DNA from: Octopus vulgaris | Lineage: Eukaryota | Assembly (NCBI GenBank): GCA_951406725.2 | Contig: OX597815.1 | Coordinates: 99,448,001-99,512,000 of the forward strand | Reading direction: 5' to 3' | DNA: 64,000 bases | Shown: positions 13,487 to 30,137 of the stretch, piece after piece | How positions within the stretch are numbered: position 1 is the first letter of the stretch | Layout of the letters: every line of letters begins with the position of its first letter | Translations under genes and position numbers: made by a program | The notes under the pieces: generated by a model | Database searches by the model: none | What the model was told of the DNA's origin: nothing | What the model saw: only the letters and a program-made list of their open reading frames with translations

Positions 13487-14959
13487 TGTGCATATATCCG
13501 TTGATACATTTATGTAATATTTATATATGTCCATGCATAAACACATAAATACATATATATGCATGTGTGTATGTATGTGTGCGTACGTGTGTGTGTATGT
13601 ATGTGTGTGTGTGTCTGTGTCTGTGTGTATGTCTGTGTGTTCGCATACAATAAATGAAATTGGCGCCATTATAGTCTGCAACTAAAGGTGAAAGTTGCTG
13701 TCCATTCAAGTCTTTGTTGCTTTACCATCTTCCCTATATTTTTGCCAATGCTAAGAGCTGTGCCCACTATCTGTGAATTCGTTTTGATTACACAAATCAG
13801 AGGAATCTCTTAAGCTCATCGGGAAACATGAAACGCAATTTTGTTAGCAAAGCGATGTATAGCCGGAAGCAATGCGACTGGACACGACGAACATTACCCA
13901 CGTCTATCATCAACCACAATACAAATAACGGGTAAATACATGCATACGTATGTACATATATACATTCATGCATACATACAAACATACATTACATACACGC
14001 ATACATATACATACGTGCATAGATGGCAGCGATATAATGAGTCGCATTGGCGTTGGGAAAGACTATGCGAGACAGGGTGAAGAGTAGTGTTCCCTATAAT
14101 TTTGACATTCCAGAAAGCCTAAGCAAGTAACTGACTGTTTGGTTTGTCACTAAAATAATGAAAAACAAATGGAAACGTTGTTTACCAATGATGTTAGATG
14201 GAAGCGGACGGAGAGCTACAATCATCAAATAACAGGTGGTGTACCACCATAAGACAATATAATGATGGCTAGACTGATAATCGGCAGAAATTAATTTTTA
14301 GGTACGAAAATTATCCAGAAATATTCCATTGGTCTTTTGAGATGAATCAAGATTTATGACAAGTTCTGTACAGAATGAAGTAGCTGTACGATAAAGCAAT
14401 ATGTGTGAAGTCACTTACGTTAAAACTGGAAAGCAAACGTGATAGCAATTATTTGAAGCGCAGATAAAAGGAAGCCGTCCTGGCTAGCAGAATTAAATCG
14501 AACTAATGTGTAATCAACACAAGTAGAAACAGTTAAGAGACATTTAACAAATATATACAAATATGGACTGCTATAAAATTTCAAATATGTTAAAATTACA
14601 GATGAAATTACATGAAGGCGTATAAACACATTCACAAATATTCGCCATGTTTTTTATAATTATAGGCTTCCTAAGTAAATACACCTGTACAAAGACATTC
14701 ACATGCATAAACATATGAATATATACACGTCGATACACACGTGTACGGGCGTGTTTATATGCATATGTTTAGTGAGCATACCATTAGAAATAACAAAACC
14801 TGGCAGAATGTGATTTGAGCGGGATTTTTACTTCTATATCTATAAAGCCGATCGAGCAAATATGATCTCCCGTATTCATCCATCAGAATACATATATATG
14901 AAATTAGTGAAGGTTTATAAAGTTCAACATCCTGTAAAAGACTGAAAAATATACACCTG

Positions 14960-15132
14960 TCTGTGTAATAAGAAATTTGCTTCCCAACCACATGATTTCG
15001 GGTTCAGGCCCACTGAAACCTTGAACAACTGTCTCCTACTATAGCCTCAGGCCAATCAAAGCCTTGTGAGTGGATTTGATGGATGAAAAATGGGATTTAT
15101 ATATATACATATATATATATATATCTTACATA

Positions 15133-15180
<48 letters not shown>

Positions 15181-15360
15181 TATATATACATAATCAAAAA
15201 GGGTAATAACATAAGTTATTATTACCAGTGGCCTAGCATAAAAGACGAATTAGTCATTAGACAAAATATTATTCATATAGAAATATAATAAAAGGCTTCC
15301 AGCACTAAGTCTCTAGCACTAAGCTTCCTTATTTGGGAGCCTTTTATTATATTTCTATAT

Positions 15361-15399
<39 letters not shown>

Positions 15400-15590
15400 A
15401 TATATATATGCGTGTGCATGTGTGTGTATGTGTGTGTCTGTCTGTTTGCTTGTGTGGGGGCGTGTGTGTGTGTGTGTGTGCGTTTCCTTGTATCTGTGTC
15501 TGTCCCCTACTACCGCTTGACAACCGGTGTTGGTGTGTTTATGTCACCGTAATTTAGTGGTTCAGCATGACAACAGTCTAATGACAAAAA
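14960..15590 (+). mobile_element. SINE family A, interrupted in its internal TA tract by a Penelope-like end (15190-15360)
   Basis: Head CCAACCACATGATTTCGGGTTCAGGCCCACTG...CCTTGTGAGTGGATTTG and 3' part GCTTGACAACCGGTGTTGGTGTGTTTATGTC both match 5805-6224. Confidence 0.7.
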
Positions 15591-15621
15591 ATATACATAT
15601 ATATATATATACATATATATT

Positions 15622-15656
<35 letters not shown>

Positions 15657-15661
<5 letters not shown>

Positions 15662-15881
15662 CAACTTATAAACAAGGGCAAAAGAAAAACATTCTAATGC
15701 CAAATATGCCGAAAATAGACAAATCGTTAATAACCATATAACATATCACTATAAGCACGCGTCTCGAAGTAAGCCGACAGAAATTTCTAAAAAATTCCGT
15801 TATTATCGTATTGGTCCCAATTTCAGAATTAATTCATAAAAATTTTCTCCTCGTCAGCATATTTATCGCTGACGAGGAGAA
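15657..15881 (-). mobile_element. Penelope-like 3' end fragment with hammerhead and a short terminal snap-back
   Basis: Abuts (TA)n, is homologous to 5090-5390, and ends in the hairpin TTCTCCTCGTCAGC-atatttatc-GCTGACGAGGAGAA. Confidence 0.65.
15803..15858 (-). ncRNA. Type I hammerhead ribozyme motif (helix I 5' strand disrupted)
   Basis: The minus strand reads CTGACGA-[GGAGAA...TTCT]-GAAA-TTGG GA CCAA-TA-CGATAA. The core boxes are intact and helix III is near-palindromic. Confidence 0.6.
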
Positions 15882-17166
15882 CTGCCTTGCCTTCCCGGTT
15901 GAGGGAAGGGGGCGGAGCAATTCTCACGTTAGATTCGACCGACAGGCGGACTCGTCCCACACGTGACAGCAGCCGCTCGGCACAAGCTCACAAGTCTGAA
16001 ATGGTTGGACATTGCACTAGTGCGTGCAGAACGGTTTCGTCGCTCTGACCGCATCTCGGGCAAGTCGGACCAGTGTGTCTCGAACCGTGCTTGTAGAGCT
16101 TATCCCGAACAGGTAATGCTTCTCGATAGCACTGCCAGGCCAGGAATCTTTTGTGATTGTCCATAGGTCCCGGCTCGAAAGCTGTCCTGAACAGGCGGGT
16201 CAGGTGTTCCTCGTCGACACCCAGATTCTGCCCGAGAACGTCGTCGCACCTCCCTTCCACTAATCCTCTATAGAACGCCTTTGTTGTAATGAAGTCGCAC
16301 AAGTTTGGTCCCGGACGGCAGAGTTGCTTGAGAGCAACGCGACACTCGTGGTGCCATTCGCCTAGCCTCGGTCTCTGTTTGATCCACGACTGTAGTTCGG
16401 CCAAGGAGACGAGCTGCGGGAAAGCGCGTCGCACAAAAGGCGACCACACCTGTTCACCGTCGTCTATGAAGCGCCGGAGATGTCGCAGTCTCAGCGCATG
16501 TCTGCGCATCATCAACCACGGCATGCCTTGCCCTCCATTTAGCGGGTGTTGACAGCAAATGGATCGCCTAACCATCGGAATGCTTCCCTTCCACATGAAG
16601 CGGAAGAGTATGCGTTCCAGATGTAGGTTGTCATGGATACTCCTACCCGGCACGGCGCACGTTTGCGCCTTGTCGACTAGTTTCTCGATGACAAGCGCCA
16701 ACCTCTCGGTTAACACCTTGGCCAAAATTTTCAAATCTGCGTTGAGCAGATTGATGGGACTGAAATTATCTATGACGTCCCCCTTGTTTGGATCTTTTCT
16801 TAACATTGCCACTGCTCCTCGCTTTACAAAGGCGGGGATACTCCCGTTTTGCTGTCAGTTGCAGTAGACAGCTGCCAAGGAGCCTCCAAGCAAGTCTGGC
16901 ATATGACAATAAAGTTCGTAGGGCAGACCATCCAAGCCTGGTGACTTGTCTCTCGCGCAACCTGCCATCGTATCCCGTACGTCCGCGGATGTGATGGATT
17001 TTTCACAACACTCCGCCTCTCTTGCTGAGAGTCGTGGCAGGGCATGCAGGTAGGCACTAAAGTCCACTCTGCGTTCTGACCCACCACTTGTCCCAAACAG
17101 TTGGGTAAAGTGTTGTTGAAAAGCCTCACACATCCTTTCAGGCTCGAGTAATTCGCGCCCCTGTTC
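15882..17166 (-). pseudogene. L1/Tx1-like LINE ORF2, 3' segment (RT N-terminus fused to zf-RVT region; RT core deleted)
   Basis: KSPGLDGLPYELY, PINLLNADLKILAKVL, QTCAVPGRSIHDNLHL joined directly to ERILFRFMW, then the CCHC knuckle CPRCGQSDETVLHALVQC. Confidence 0.85.
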
Positions 17167-18720
17167 GAAAAAAAGGAATAGCGAAGCAGACAAACAAACA
17201 GGGAGGTTTACCACTCCCGAAACTAAAACATCCGCAGAAAACAAACACATCAACACATACACACTATCACCAAACCCCCAGCAATGTTGACAGCCATAAA
17301 CATCAACAACCCCGACCTAATGGAATACATTAGGTCAAACACCAACATAATCGAAAATGATACCAAAACAAAGAATCACCCACGCATAACACCACCGCAA
17401 CACATTAAAATCAACCACATAACAGAAGAACACATACATCACCCTGAAATCTCTCTTTTGTCCAAAAACTGTAAGAAAACCTTCTGGGAGAGAACTGTGA
17501 GGTGAAGAACAAAGAACTTTCGGACATTAAGTGACTCTCTCTCTCTCTTTCTTTTTCACCTTCCTTTCGTGTGTAATACACAACTTTCGATAGGAACATG
17601 CTCAAAATAGGCAGTATAAATGTACGTGGCTTGGGGTCGCCTTGGAAACAAGGCTACCTGTTAAACGACATCAAGTCACAAAATCTGCACATCATAGCCA
17701 TCAGTGAGACCAGACTCCACAGCTCGTGGGGCACTCCAGCACATGTTCGGCACACATTTCGATATTTATTTTTCTCCGTGTCTACCGAGAATGGGCGAAG
17801 GTGGCACCGCGGTGCTCCTCCGGAAGAGCCTGGACCTCAAAGTAAGAGCAATTTTCCTAGACCCGGAGGGTAGGCTGGTCGTCTTCGATGTCGATGGCAG
17901 CAATGAGTGTGCCTTTCGACTGATAACAGTTTATGCACCGTCCTTAACAGGCCGGCCAGATTTCTTTCGACGTCTAAAGGTTTTCCTGGGAACGTCTCGA
18001 CCTTTACTTTTAGTAGGGGATTGGAACGCCACCTTGGACACGCATCTAGACTATGTGGGCAGAGATAGTAATAGGAGGGGATGCAAATGCCTCAAAGACC
18101 TGCTCAGACGTTTCCAACTCTCTATCAGATACCGACTGGGCGACCCGAATGTACCAATGTGGACATGGAGAAACCGCATCGGGTCGTCCAAATCGTACTT
18201 AGAGTATTCTGTAGGACAGTAGATAAAGATAGTGTAGGTTGTTCACAATTCCATATAGTCAGCTACACAGACCACAAATTTGTGACTTGTACACATGACT
18301 AAGATAAGACACATAGGCAGGGTCCTGGTTACTGGAAGCTGAACGCGTCTTTCACGGCTCGACAGGCTTACACGGACCGGGTTAGCACATTAGTTAAGAG
18401 AGAATTGACGGGTGCCATCATCAACAAGAGATGGTGTATGCTCTACAGAAAGCAATTAAAGCTGAATCGGTCAGGTACAGTAAGGCCCAGCATTAGACCG
18501 AAATAGAATAGAGGGAGACTTAGTTAAGAATTTAGAAGATACACTTAGAACTGGCATCGCGTCCAACGTACTGGCAGTGAGATTGGCCCTCGATCAACAT
18601 CTCAACGCCAAACACGAAGGATGCGTTGTCAGAGCTAGGATGCATGCTCTGAGGAACGAAGGAGTTGGAGCCGCCCGAGGGGCCCGAATGGTGGAGGCGC
18701 AACGAGGCAACAGAGCAACT
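17167..18720 (+). pseudogene. L1/Tx1-like LINE, inverted 5' segment (probable ORF1 end plus ORF2 APE endonuclease from ATG 17598)
   Basis: SINVRGL, AISETRL, VYAP, VGDWNATLD, YTDHKFV and GPGYWKLN motifs across frameshifts. Confidence 0.85.
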
Positions 18721-18740
18721 TTCACGTCACTTACAGACAA

Positions 18741-18900
<160 letters not shown>

Positions 18901-19499
18901 TTTGATAGATAGAATGATATATGCAACCTTAGTTATCTGAATCTAAGTGGATTAGTTAAAAAAAAAGACTGAGTAAATATTTGTAATAAAGAAAAGATAA
19001 AAAGAGTGAAAAACAAGGAAAAAAGAGAGTGTGGAGTTCATAAGTGTGTATTTTAAAGTGATGTCTTATGATTATATTGTTATAAATATAAGATAATGAA
19101 AAAAGCAAAGACATAAAGAAAACAAGGAAAAATATGTGTACGTTCAAGTGAGAGAAGACATAAGGTCTAAAAGATTGGGAATAGAGGAAAGGAGAGCAAC
19201 AAGATGTAACACGTTGAAGGAAAAAAAAGAAAAGAAAGAGGGAGACGCTTGGTCCCAAAAAATGAAAATGAAGACGCTACATCCGAACAGAAGTCGACCA
19301 AAGCGAGAAATGTATAAACAAATAAAATAACAACAGGGTTTTAAGCCACCGGACAACCGATAATAAGTGGTATTCAACTGTGCTATGGTGAATCATTCTT
19401 CTAAAATTCACACAGTGGTATTCATATATATATATATTTATATAAGAGCGTTTTTGTTTATGTATGTACATGTGTGAGTAGTATATACATACATAAATA

Positions 19500-21819
<2,320 letters not shown>

Positions 21820-22540
21820 TATGCAATGGACTAAAAATGGAATACCGACAAGTCAAATGTTGATATGTGCAAAAGTATACACCAATAAATACTCACTAAT
21901 ATATATGTAAACAGTGTTAGCCCTCTTTTCTTATCTATTTTTACAAGAATTCCTCAGAATTGCCAAAATTTGCCGACATAAGTAGCAATTAGGTGAGAAA
22001 AATCTGGCACCATGCTCTTATATAAAACTGCATATTTGTTGTGGCTATTATTATTAGCATCATCATCATAAACATCGTTATCATTAGCATTATCCCCACC
22101 ATCGTCATAAATCATCACCTTCGTCATGATCGTGATCATGATTTTCATCATCATCCTCATCCTCATCGTCATCACCATAATCTTCATCATCATTATTATT
22201 ATTATCAATATCGTCATCATCATTTGTTATCATTTTTATCATTACCGTCATCATCATTTTCAATATCAACATTAATGTTACCACTATTGATAACATATAA
22301 CATTAACAATAATAATAACCGCAACAACGAATGGTTATGTTGCTGATAATGATGTCGATGATAATGACGACGACGACGATGATGAGGATGATGATGATGA
22401 ATATGATGATGATTGGTATTCATGCTCATCCTATTTCACTCTGTAACAGGATTTTGCTCGGATGCATCATTTTACTTACACACTCTGAGATATGCACACA
22501 CTTATCACGAATGCATAGACACACACAGACACACACACAT

Positions 22541-22771
22541 ATTTCTTTACTACCCAAAAGGAGCTAAACATAGAGGGGAAAAACAAGGACAGACAAACAG
22601 GTTAAGTCGATTACATCGACCCCAGTGATTAACTGGTACTTTATTTATCGACCCCGAAAGGATGAAAGGCAAAGTCAACCTCGGCGGAATTTGAACTCGG
22701 AACGTAATGACAGACGAAATACGGTTGCGCATTTCGCCCGGCGTGCTAACGTTTCTGCCAGCTCGCCGCCC
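22541..22771 (-). mobile_element. tRNA-derived SINE, family B
   Basis: Minus-strand head GGCGGCGAGCTGGCAGAAACGTTAGCACGCCGGGCG...GAGTTCAAATTCCGCCGAGG. Near-identical copies lie at 32755 and 38010. Confidence 0.9.
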
Positions 22772-24799
22772 TAAACACACACACATATATATATAGACAT
22801 GTGGGGGGTGTAGAGGTAGTCAAGTGAGTGAGGAGAGGAGAAAAGAGAGGAATATGATCTAGTGTTTTGTGCAATGAAAGATGTTGTCTTGTATAACATT
22901 GCTCCCTTTTCACTATAGTTATGTAAAGGGGAATTCTGATATTCTGTTTATTTGAGCAAATATATTTCTTTTTTCTTATTCTCTATTTTTCTTATTATTA
23001 TCAAAATATTTGCCTGCACTTTCTACAGCAAGAATTGTCGGAGTTTTTCTTGCCATGCTCTAGATGTTTTTATTTCTAATTCTTGATATCTAACATGCTA
23101 ACGAGGATGTGCATGTTTATTCTTAATACATTCCAGAAGATTCGAATGTGTATATACTAGTTGTTGCTATACTCGTCACGGGAAAGCATCTGCTCCTTAA
23201 CGATGAATATGCGTTTGTAGCAAGACTCGAAACCGAGTCTCCAGATTGTGAAGTTCATATTAACGACATAGCACAACCTTGTTCACGTGACAGACAGTAT
23301 TATTGGCCAATCAGCAGCCAAACTTCATGTGATAGATCACTGTAGATCTTTCTGGAATGTGGTGATACATGGGTTATATAAAGGCTTGTTATAGTATCAT
23401 CTTGTGTGTGGCAATCCCCGATCCAGATCCACACACCGTCTTGCCATTTGTAATAACTGTTTTAGCGACTATTGCTCAACTTGAATATGCCCTTACAGTT
23501 GGCCGATATGAAACTAATATACATATCTTCACCTGTCTTGACAAGCTTCATCACAGAGCTTTTGTAATCAACTATTTATGAACGCTGCGGAATAATTCTT
23601 TCAATTGTGTTGACTTGTAGAAACTTCCTAATTCATAACCAACCTGAATGTTACTTGTGCAGTGAAATAAAAAGTTACAATTAAATATTTGCAAGGTGTT
23701 GTTAAATCATTCACACTCTGCCTCATAGACATAACATCATCACAACATGATTCATTGGTGTTCAGAACATCGTTGATTAGCATATTCAAGTTCGACCCTG
23801 CCGGAACGTATAAAGTACATATGTGCAACGCATTGTTTTGAATATCACTGTTTTCCGTACATATGACGGTTTATTAGCATTTTAACATTTGTACAAAACC
23901 AGAAACTTTGGGAGATTGTAGAGTTGATTCATTCTAAATCAAAGTACTACTGTTATTTATGTTTTATCGCCCTCTATATAAATGAAAGGCAAACTTGACC
24001 TCGGTATGCTTTAAACTCGGAACACAAACGGATGTAGCTTAATACAGCAATGCATCTTGACGGTTGCTCTACTGAGTCTACTAATCATTTAATTATTGAA
24101 ACTTAAACTCGACATTTTTCTTGGAAGTATTGAAATTCAATTTAAACCGAGATGTATGAAATCAATATATGCTATTATAAGAATTGCTTTTTTATGTTTT
24201 TTTTTTAATGTAAGAATATTCTTTCAACTGTCATATATTTCCAGGTGAAACGGGATTCAACTGATTAATCAGTTTATTCATTTCAAAGAAAGGAATAGAA
24301 GGATTAAATAATATCTATGACATTTGGTATTAGATGCATAAAATATTATGGCTGACCATGTTCAGAACACATTTCATTATGCTTGCGTCATGAGACACAG
24401 GACTAGACAGAAGCAGCAACGACAGTTAGCTCTTATTTTGTTGATTAAAATAGAAGGATGAAATGTAATGTCGACTTTTGGGAGGAGTTCAAGCGTGAAT
24501 ATTAAGAGGTGTGTGACGGTGAGATTAAAAGTGTAGAGAGCAAAAAACAAATAATATGTTCCTTTCAATGCACCGAAAAATCTGTTTCGTCGCTAAAGAA
24601 CCTTTTTTTCGAAAATCAGGAAGCAATAGCTTCGAATGATGCTCTTCAGTGTTCTGTAGCAATTCCACAAAATGCTGTTTTGTTTATTTTACCTACTTTT
24701 TGTCGGAGAAATTCGTTTTATGAGATTTTAAGTAAATGGAATATTTTATGCTTCTATGAAGAATGCGGAGGTGCAAAAGCGAGCTGGAATGAGAGAAAA

Positions 24800-25275
24800 A
24801 ACTAACAACCAAAATTGATAAACGAATGTTGATTTGGCTTGGCCACATGGAGAGGATGGATGAGGAGCGGATGGTAAGGAGAATGAATAGGGCAGAAGTG
24901 GCAGGCATCAGAACCAGAGGCAGATCTCGAATTGTGTAGATAGAGTGAAGAAAGCTTTGGTAGTTAGATGTGTTGGAGTGAGAGAGGCAAGAGAGTATAT
25001 AAATGATAGGAAAGCTTGGAGAGTGTTTGTGGACGGATGAGTGAATTTGATGTTGCTCAAAGGTGTACGGAACCAGCAATATGCTGCGGAGGTAAACCAG
25101 CATATGCTGTCGGGCCCCGATGCTAATATTGGGGGTTGCGTTCTATGCCTTGACCCGAGCATGAGATGGGGCTCGCCCCTTTGATATGGGAAATGATTAG
25201 AATGCCTGGTATGTGTCATGTGGCTAACCCTTCCTAAATAAATGGAGAATAGGCTTGGGTAAATGTATGTATGTA
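24800..25275 (+). mobile_element. RTE-clade LINE 3' end
   Basis: Translates as RMLIWLGHMERMDEERMVRRMNRAEVAGIRTRGRSR, the typical RTE C-terminal W-x-GH...R-x-RGR motif, followed by a UTR ending in TATG repeats. Confidence 0.7.
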
Positions 25276-25420
25276 TTTTTGTGTCTGGGTCACAGAAAAT
25301 GGAAGATGTCTACATAAAGAACTGATTGATCCTATAAATTCGCTTCATATATGTGATTGGTTATATCTCTTTATAACCAGGGCCTCACGTTTAATCTTAA
25401 TGCTATTCCCCTTATACAAG

Positions 25421-25494
25421 CCTCAGGTTTCCCACAAACTCAGGTTTCCCACAGACTTGGGTTTCCCACAGCCTCAGGTTTCCCATAGACTCAG
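25421..25494. repeat. 17-bp tandem repeat, about 4 copies
   Basis: Unit CTCAGGTTTCCCACA(G/A)(A/C). Confidence 0.85.
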
Positions 25495-28118
25495 ATCTGC
25501 TTAAATATTGTCAGTGAAACTTAGTTGAAGGACTCTGTTTGTTAAGTGTAACATCATCACCAGATCTTTGGGTGGTTTTTATTTGAATCAACTCAGTTAC
25601 AAATTTTCGGAACAGTTTTCCAGTTTGAAGATATCAAAATATTTCGTCTTTCCTCACACATGCCTCAGAAGCCCCGAACAAAATGTTTATGAGTATTGTC
25701 CTACCTCCACCGACCAAATAACAACAAAACCTCAGCTTTATTTGATATAAAAGAAACTATATTCTAATGAATGATATTCAAAATGATTGAGCTGTGAGTC
25801 GGTGAATCCATCGCAGCAAAATTGAACAGTATTAAAATTTACACGTAAATATTAATATTTGCAGAAAGATGACACAGAAGCGTTAACTGCCGCTCTGTGA
25901 AATAATGTATGCAATAAAAAGTAAAACGCACGTCATATTTCTCTTCAAATGGTTGCTATAAAAGACCAAATTAATCTTACTGAGATTAAAATTGTTGAAA
26001 CATAGACCACCTTATCGAGTAATTTCTATTCATCCATCATTTTCCATTGATGCTGATCTTGGTTAGTCTCATATCAGTCTTGCCCAAACAGAATTATAAT
26101 CCAGGCATGATTATACAACTATTTTACGGTCCCCCACACAAGATTGTGACTTCAATGAGGATTGGAGGTTAATTCCAGCAGGATGAGCAATTCCAGAAAG
26201 ACTGTTCCGTATACCACCACGACAAAGAGTTAGTTCAAGGTTTGTCATGCAGAAACGACCCCACATAAACTTCGAACTAACTTTAATGGTTACAACGATA
26301 ATGGTGAAAATCTCAACTCTAAAGATGAAACAAAATTCTTTCTAAGGTACGAAGGAGGAAGAAATTTAACGCAATACTTGCTAACAAGGTAAAACATGTA
26401 ATGCTTATAGTACTGCAGTGGCTGTCAGTGCTGTGTAAATGCTGTTGTTGTTACTGTTATTGTTGCAGCTACTGCTACTGTTGCTGCTGCTGCTGCTGCT
26501 GTTGTTGTTGTTAAGCAACAAGATGGGTAAGGGTGATTAGGTGATGGTCTAGGGCTTAGGGGTGGGAGACTCCAATAATACTGTCACAATAATACGTGAC
26601 AGTATTATTGTCTGTCACGTAACAGACAATGATACTGTCTGTCACGTGAAAAAAACTTTGGTCGTCTTGTTGTAGTCGAGGGCTCTTTGTTGACGCCCGA
26701 CACCACTGGGAGATGGCCCTCGAAGTCGCTGGAAATCTCCAGGTCCAAATTTTTGAACGGCTGTTGCTGCTGCTGTTGTTACTGCTGCTGTTTCTGCTAC
26801 TGCTACTGCTGTTGTTGCTGTTGCTGCTGCTACTGTTGCTACTGCTGTTGCTGCTGCTGTTTGACGACGCTGTTCATATGTCCCATGTTTCCCCCACACA
26901 CACCGAACGTATTTCTGAGGCTGAATTTCTGTGAAGGAGGGAGCTATGTCTCGCTAACCTCATTTATATTTCTTGTAATATAGGCTCGTCTGAAATCTCA
27001 GATAAAATAAAGTCTAGACATTTTGCTAAAATGCCCATATCCACTTCTTGATCTCTTAGATTTTAGACAACAAATTGAAGAGTTGTGGACATCTCAAGTG
27101 CAAGCTGGGCCGGATGGGAACTTGTTGCTAAACACTGGGTATCAAGTTCTGGAAAAATACAACGTTCAAAACCAAAGTTTTGTGTCAGGCACCAATTTTT
27201 ATAGAAACAGTACGGCATGGTTTAAGGGTGGTTTAGTTGCTGCTATTGCTAGCAGAGTCTATGACCACATTAAAAATCGTATCACTATCGCATGCTTGTA
27301 ACGTTTACACATGTAACATATGCTACATCTCGTATTACGACTCGATAGACTGAATTGTTGTGAAATTCTAGTAATTTTGGCAACGTGTACATTGTGGTGA
27401 TATTTGAACCAACAAAACATTTAGCAGGTTGTCCAATACGCTAATCCACAATGCTGAATCTATAATCTAACAGAGAACACAAAACGGTTTTTTTTTTAGC
27501 ATTCTGTGAATTTCTGTGCTCTGTCATCAACCTACCATCCTACAACATCTTTTGTTTGGTTGTATGTATAACTTAAGATTTGGTTTATGCAAATGTTTTC
27601 TACTATTTACAATTAGCATATCAATTCATAGAAACATCGCCTTCATTTTGAGTGACATATTTTTGTTTAAGCTCAAATCAGTTTTCTAGGAAATCATTAC
27701 AAAATCAGTATGAGGAATTATAGCCTGAAGGGAAGGCTTCTTTATTATTCTCGAAGGAATATAGATAGAAAGCCATGAAAGAACTGATAGAAAACAAACA
27801 AAATACAAGAAATACCAAGAATTATAGATCCTCTCAAAAACAGATGATTTTCGTTGTCATTTTTTCTATATAAATTTTCGTTTTATTCTATCCAGTAAAA
27901 AAATAAATATACAAAAATATTCGTTTCAGATCGCGTTTTGTAGTCTGTAAATCATCCTTTTTAAAGACACTTTCAATAATGTATATATGCATGTATGTAT
28001 TTCTACAAATGTGTATGTACGTGTGTGTAGTCAAGTATCTGTATATAATATATACTTATGTGTGTAAATCTAAGTATTTAACTATGAATGCATATGTGTA
28101 TGTATATATCTATTTATT

Positions 28119-28164
<46 letters not shown>

Positions 28165-28335
28165 TGTGTGTGTCTGTGTGTGTGTGAGTGTGTGTGAGTG
28201 TGAATATATATTTATAGATACCTATATTAATCATATATCCATATCTATCTGTCTGTATGTGTGTGTGTATGTGTGTGTTTTATGTATATATATATATGTA
28301 TGTATCAAGTATCTCATCTGTCTGTCTCTCTCTTC

Positions 28336-28369
<34 letters not shown>

Positions 28370-28376
28370 CTATATA

Positions 28377-28414
<38 letters not shown>

Positions 28415-29174
28415 CAGAGAGAGAGAGAGAGATAAGGTACTTGATACACGCACACACAAACACACATATATATATATAGAGAGAGAGAGGTATAAATACA
28501 TATATACGCACACATACACACACACACACACATTGAGAGAGTGTGAAAGGAATGGAGAAGATCAGCGTGTGAATAATGGTGAAGAACACATTTTCATTTG
28601 ATATTACTGTTTCGTGCAAATGTTCTGACGGCGCTGGAATATAAATATCTGTGCGTGTGTATAAATACGCGTTTCTGTATGTACTTCTTTGCATGTGTGT
28701 TCAGGTATGTGTGTACATGTGTGCTTATATTTGTATAATCTTCCTTTATTTCTTTTATTCATTTTTTTCTTATTTTATTATCTTTTTCAAAATATCAATA
28801 TAGAATTAATACAGTTTGCTAGAAGACTTGGCGTTGAAATGCCGTCTTTGAATTATTTTGGCATTCAGCTTTTGTCTTCAGCCCTGAATAAACAGATTGC
28901 AAAGAAAATATATTCTATTGAGGAATAATAATAGTATTCTTGACGTTTTATTTCATACTAAAAATTCTGAGTTTGTCAAAATTAATTCAAACCTGTTCTG
29001 GCGTACTTGCATACTGTTACACATATACAGACGTATAAACATATATAAACACATTTAAACATACAAATATGACTGCACACACACGCACACACATATGTAA
29101 ATATGTATATATATATGTATATATACAAGTAATATCTATATGCATGTATCTATGTATATATGCATATATATACA

Positions 29175-29247
<73 letters not shown>

Positions 29248-29694
29248 CCGTACATGCGTATGTATGTATGTATGCATGCATTCATTAACATTTTCTGAAG
29301 TTTTTTGTTATGTATGATTATAGTGTAGAATTTGTTGAGGAATTTCACCTCCTGTGGATGTATATGTTGATGATGAAGTGTGTATGTGTATGCGTATAAA
29401 AATATGTGTGTTTGTATATGTATAAGCAGATATATATTGTTATATGTGCATATGTATATATATATATGCACCTGCGAGTGAACATGTGCGTATATATATA
29501 TACACACACACACACACATATATATATATATGCATTGATTTTTCTCTTTGTATATGTATAAATCGGTGGTGGGATGTCGTCAGAATGACTTTAAATGTAT
29601 GTATAATATATAAAGGAAGGTGAATATAAATTTCAAATTATAAATTATATGGCAGAATTTTTCATTGACAACAGGCATCATGTATATATATATA

Positions 29695-29738
<44 letters not shown>

Positions 29739-29979
29739 TATATACACGTGTAGACTCACACACACACAGACACATACAGAGAGGCTGTGAGGGAGAGAAA
29801 GAGAGGATGAAACCAAATGTATTCGTTTGCATGTGATGTGTAAATTGTGTGTGCAACATGGTGGTGTCTTTATATGTGAGCGCACATTTCCTATAAGTCG
29901 ATGTATATATTAATTCATGTATGTATTTGTACACATTCTCAGTATGTTTTCCATCATCGTATTTATTTTCACCTGCGCC

Positions 29980-30011
<32 letters not shown>

Positions 30012-30074
30012 TGTATGTATGTATGTATGTATGTATGTATGCATGTATGTATGTATGTGTGTGTGTGTACATAC

Positions 30075-30137
<63 letters not shown>

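Noticed and set aside
26642-26910. 85-aa Ala/Thr-rich ORF or gag-like zinc knuckle
   Set aside because: It is mostly a CTG/TTG trinucleotide tract, and the knuckle needs a frameshift and substitutions to appear.
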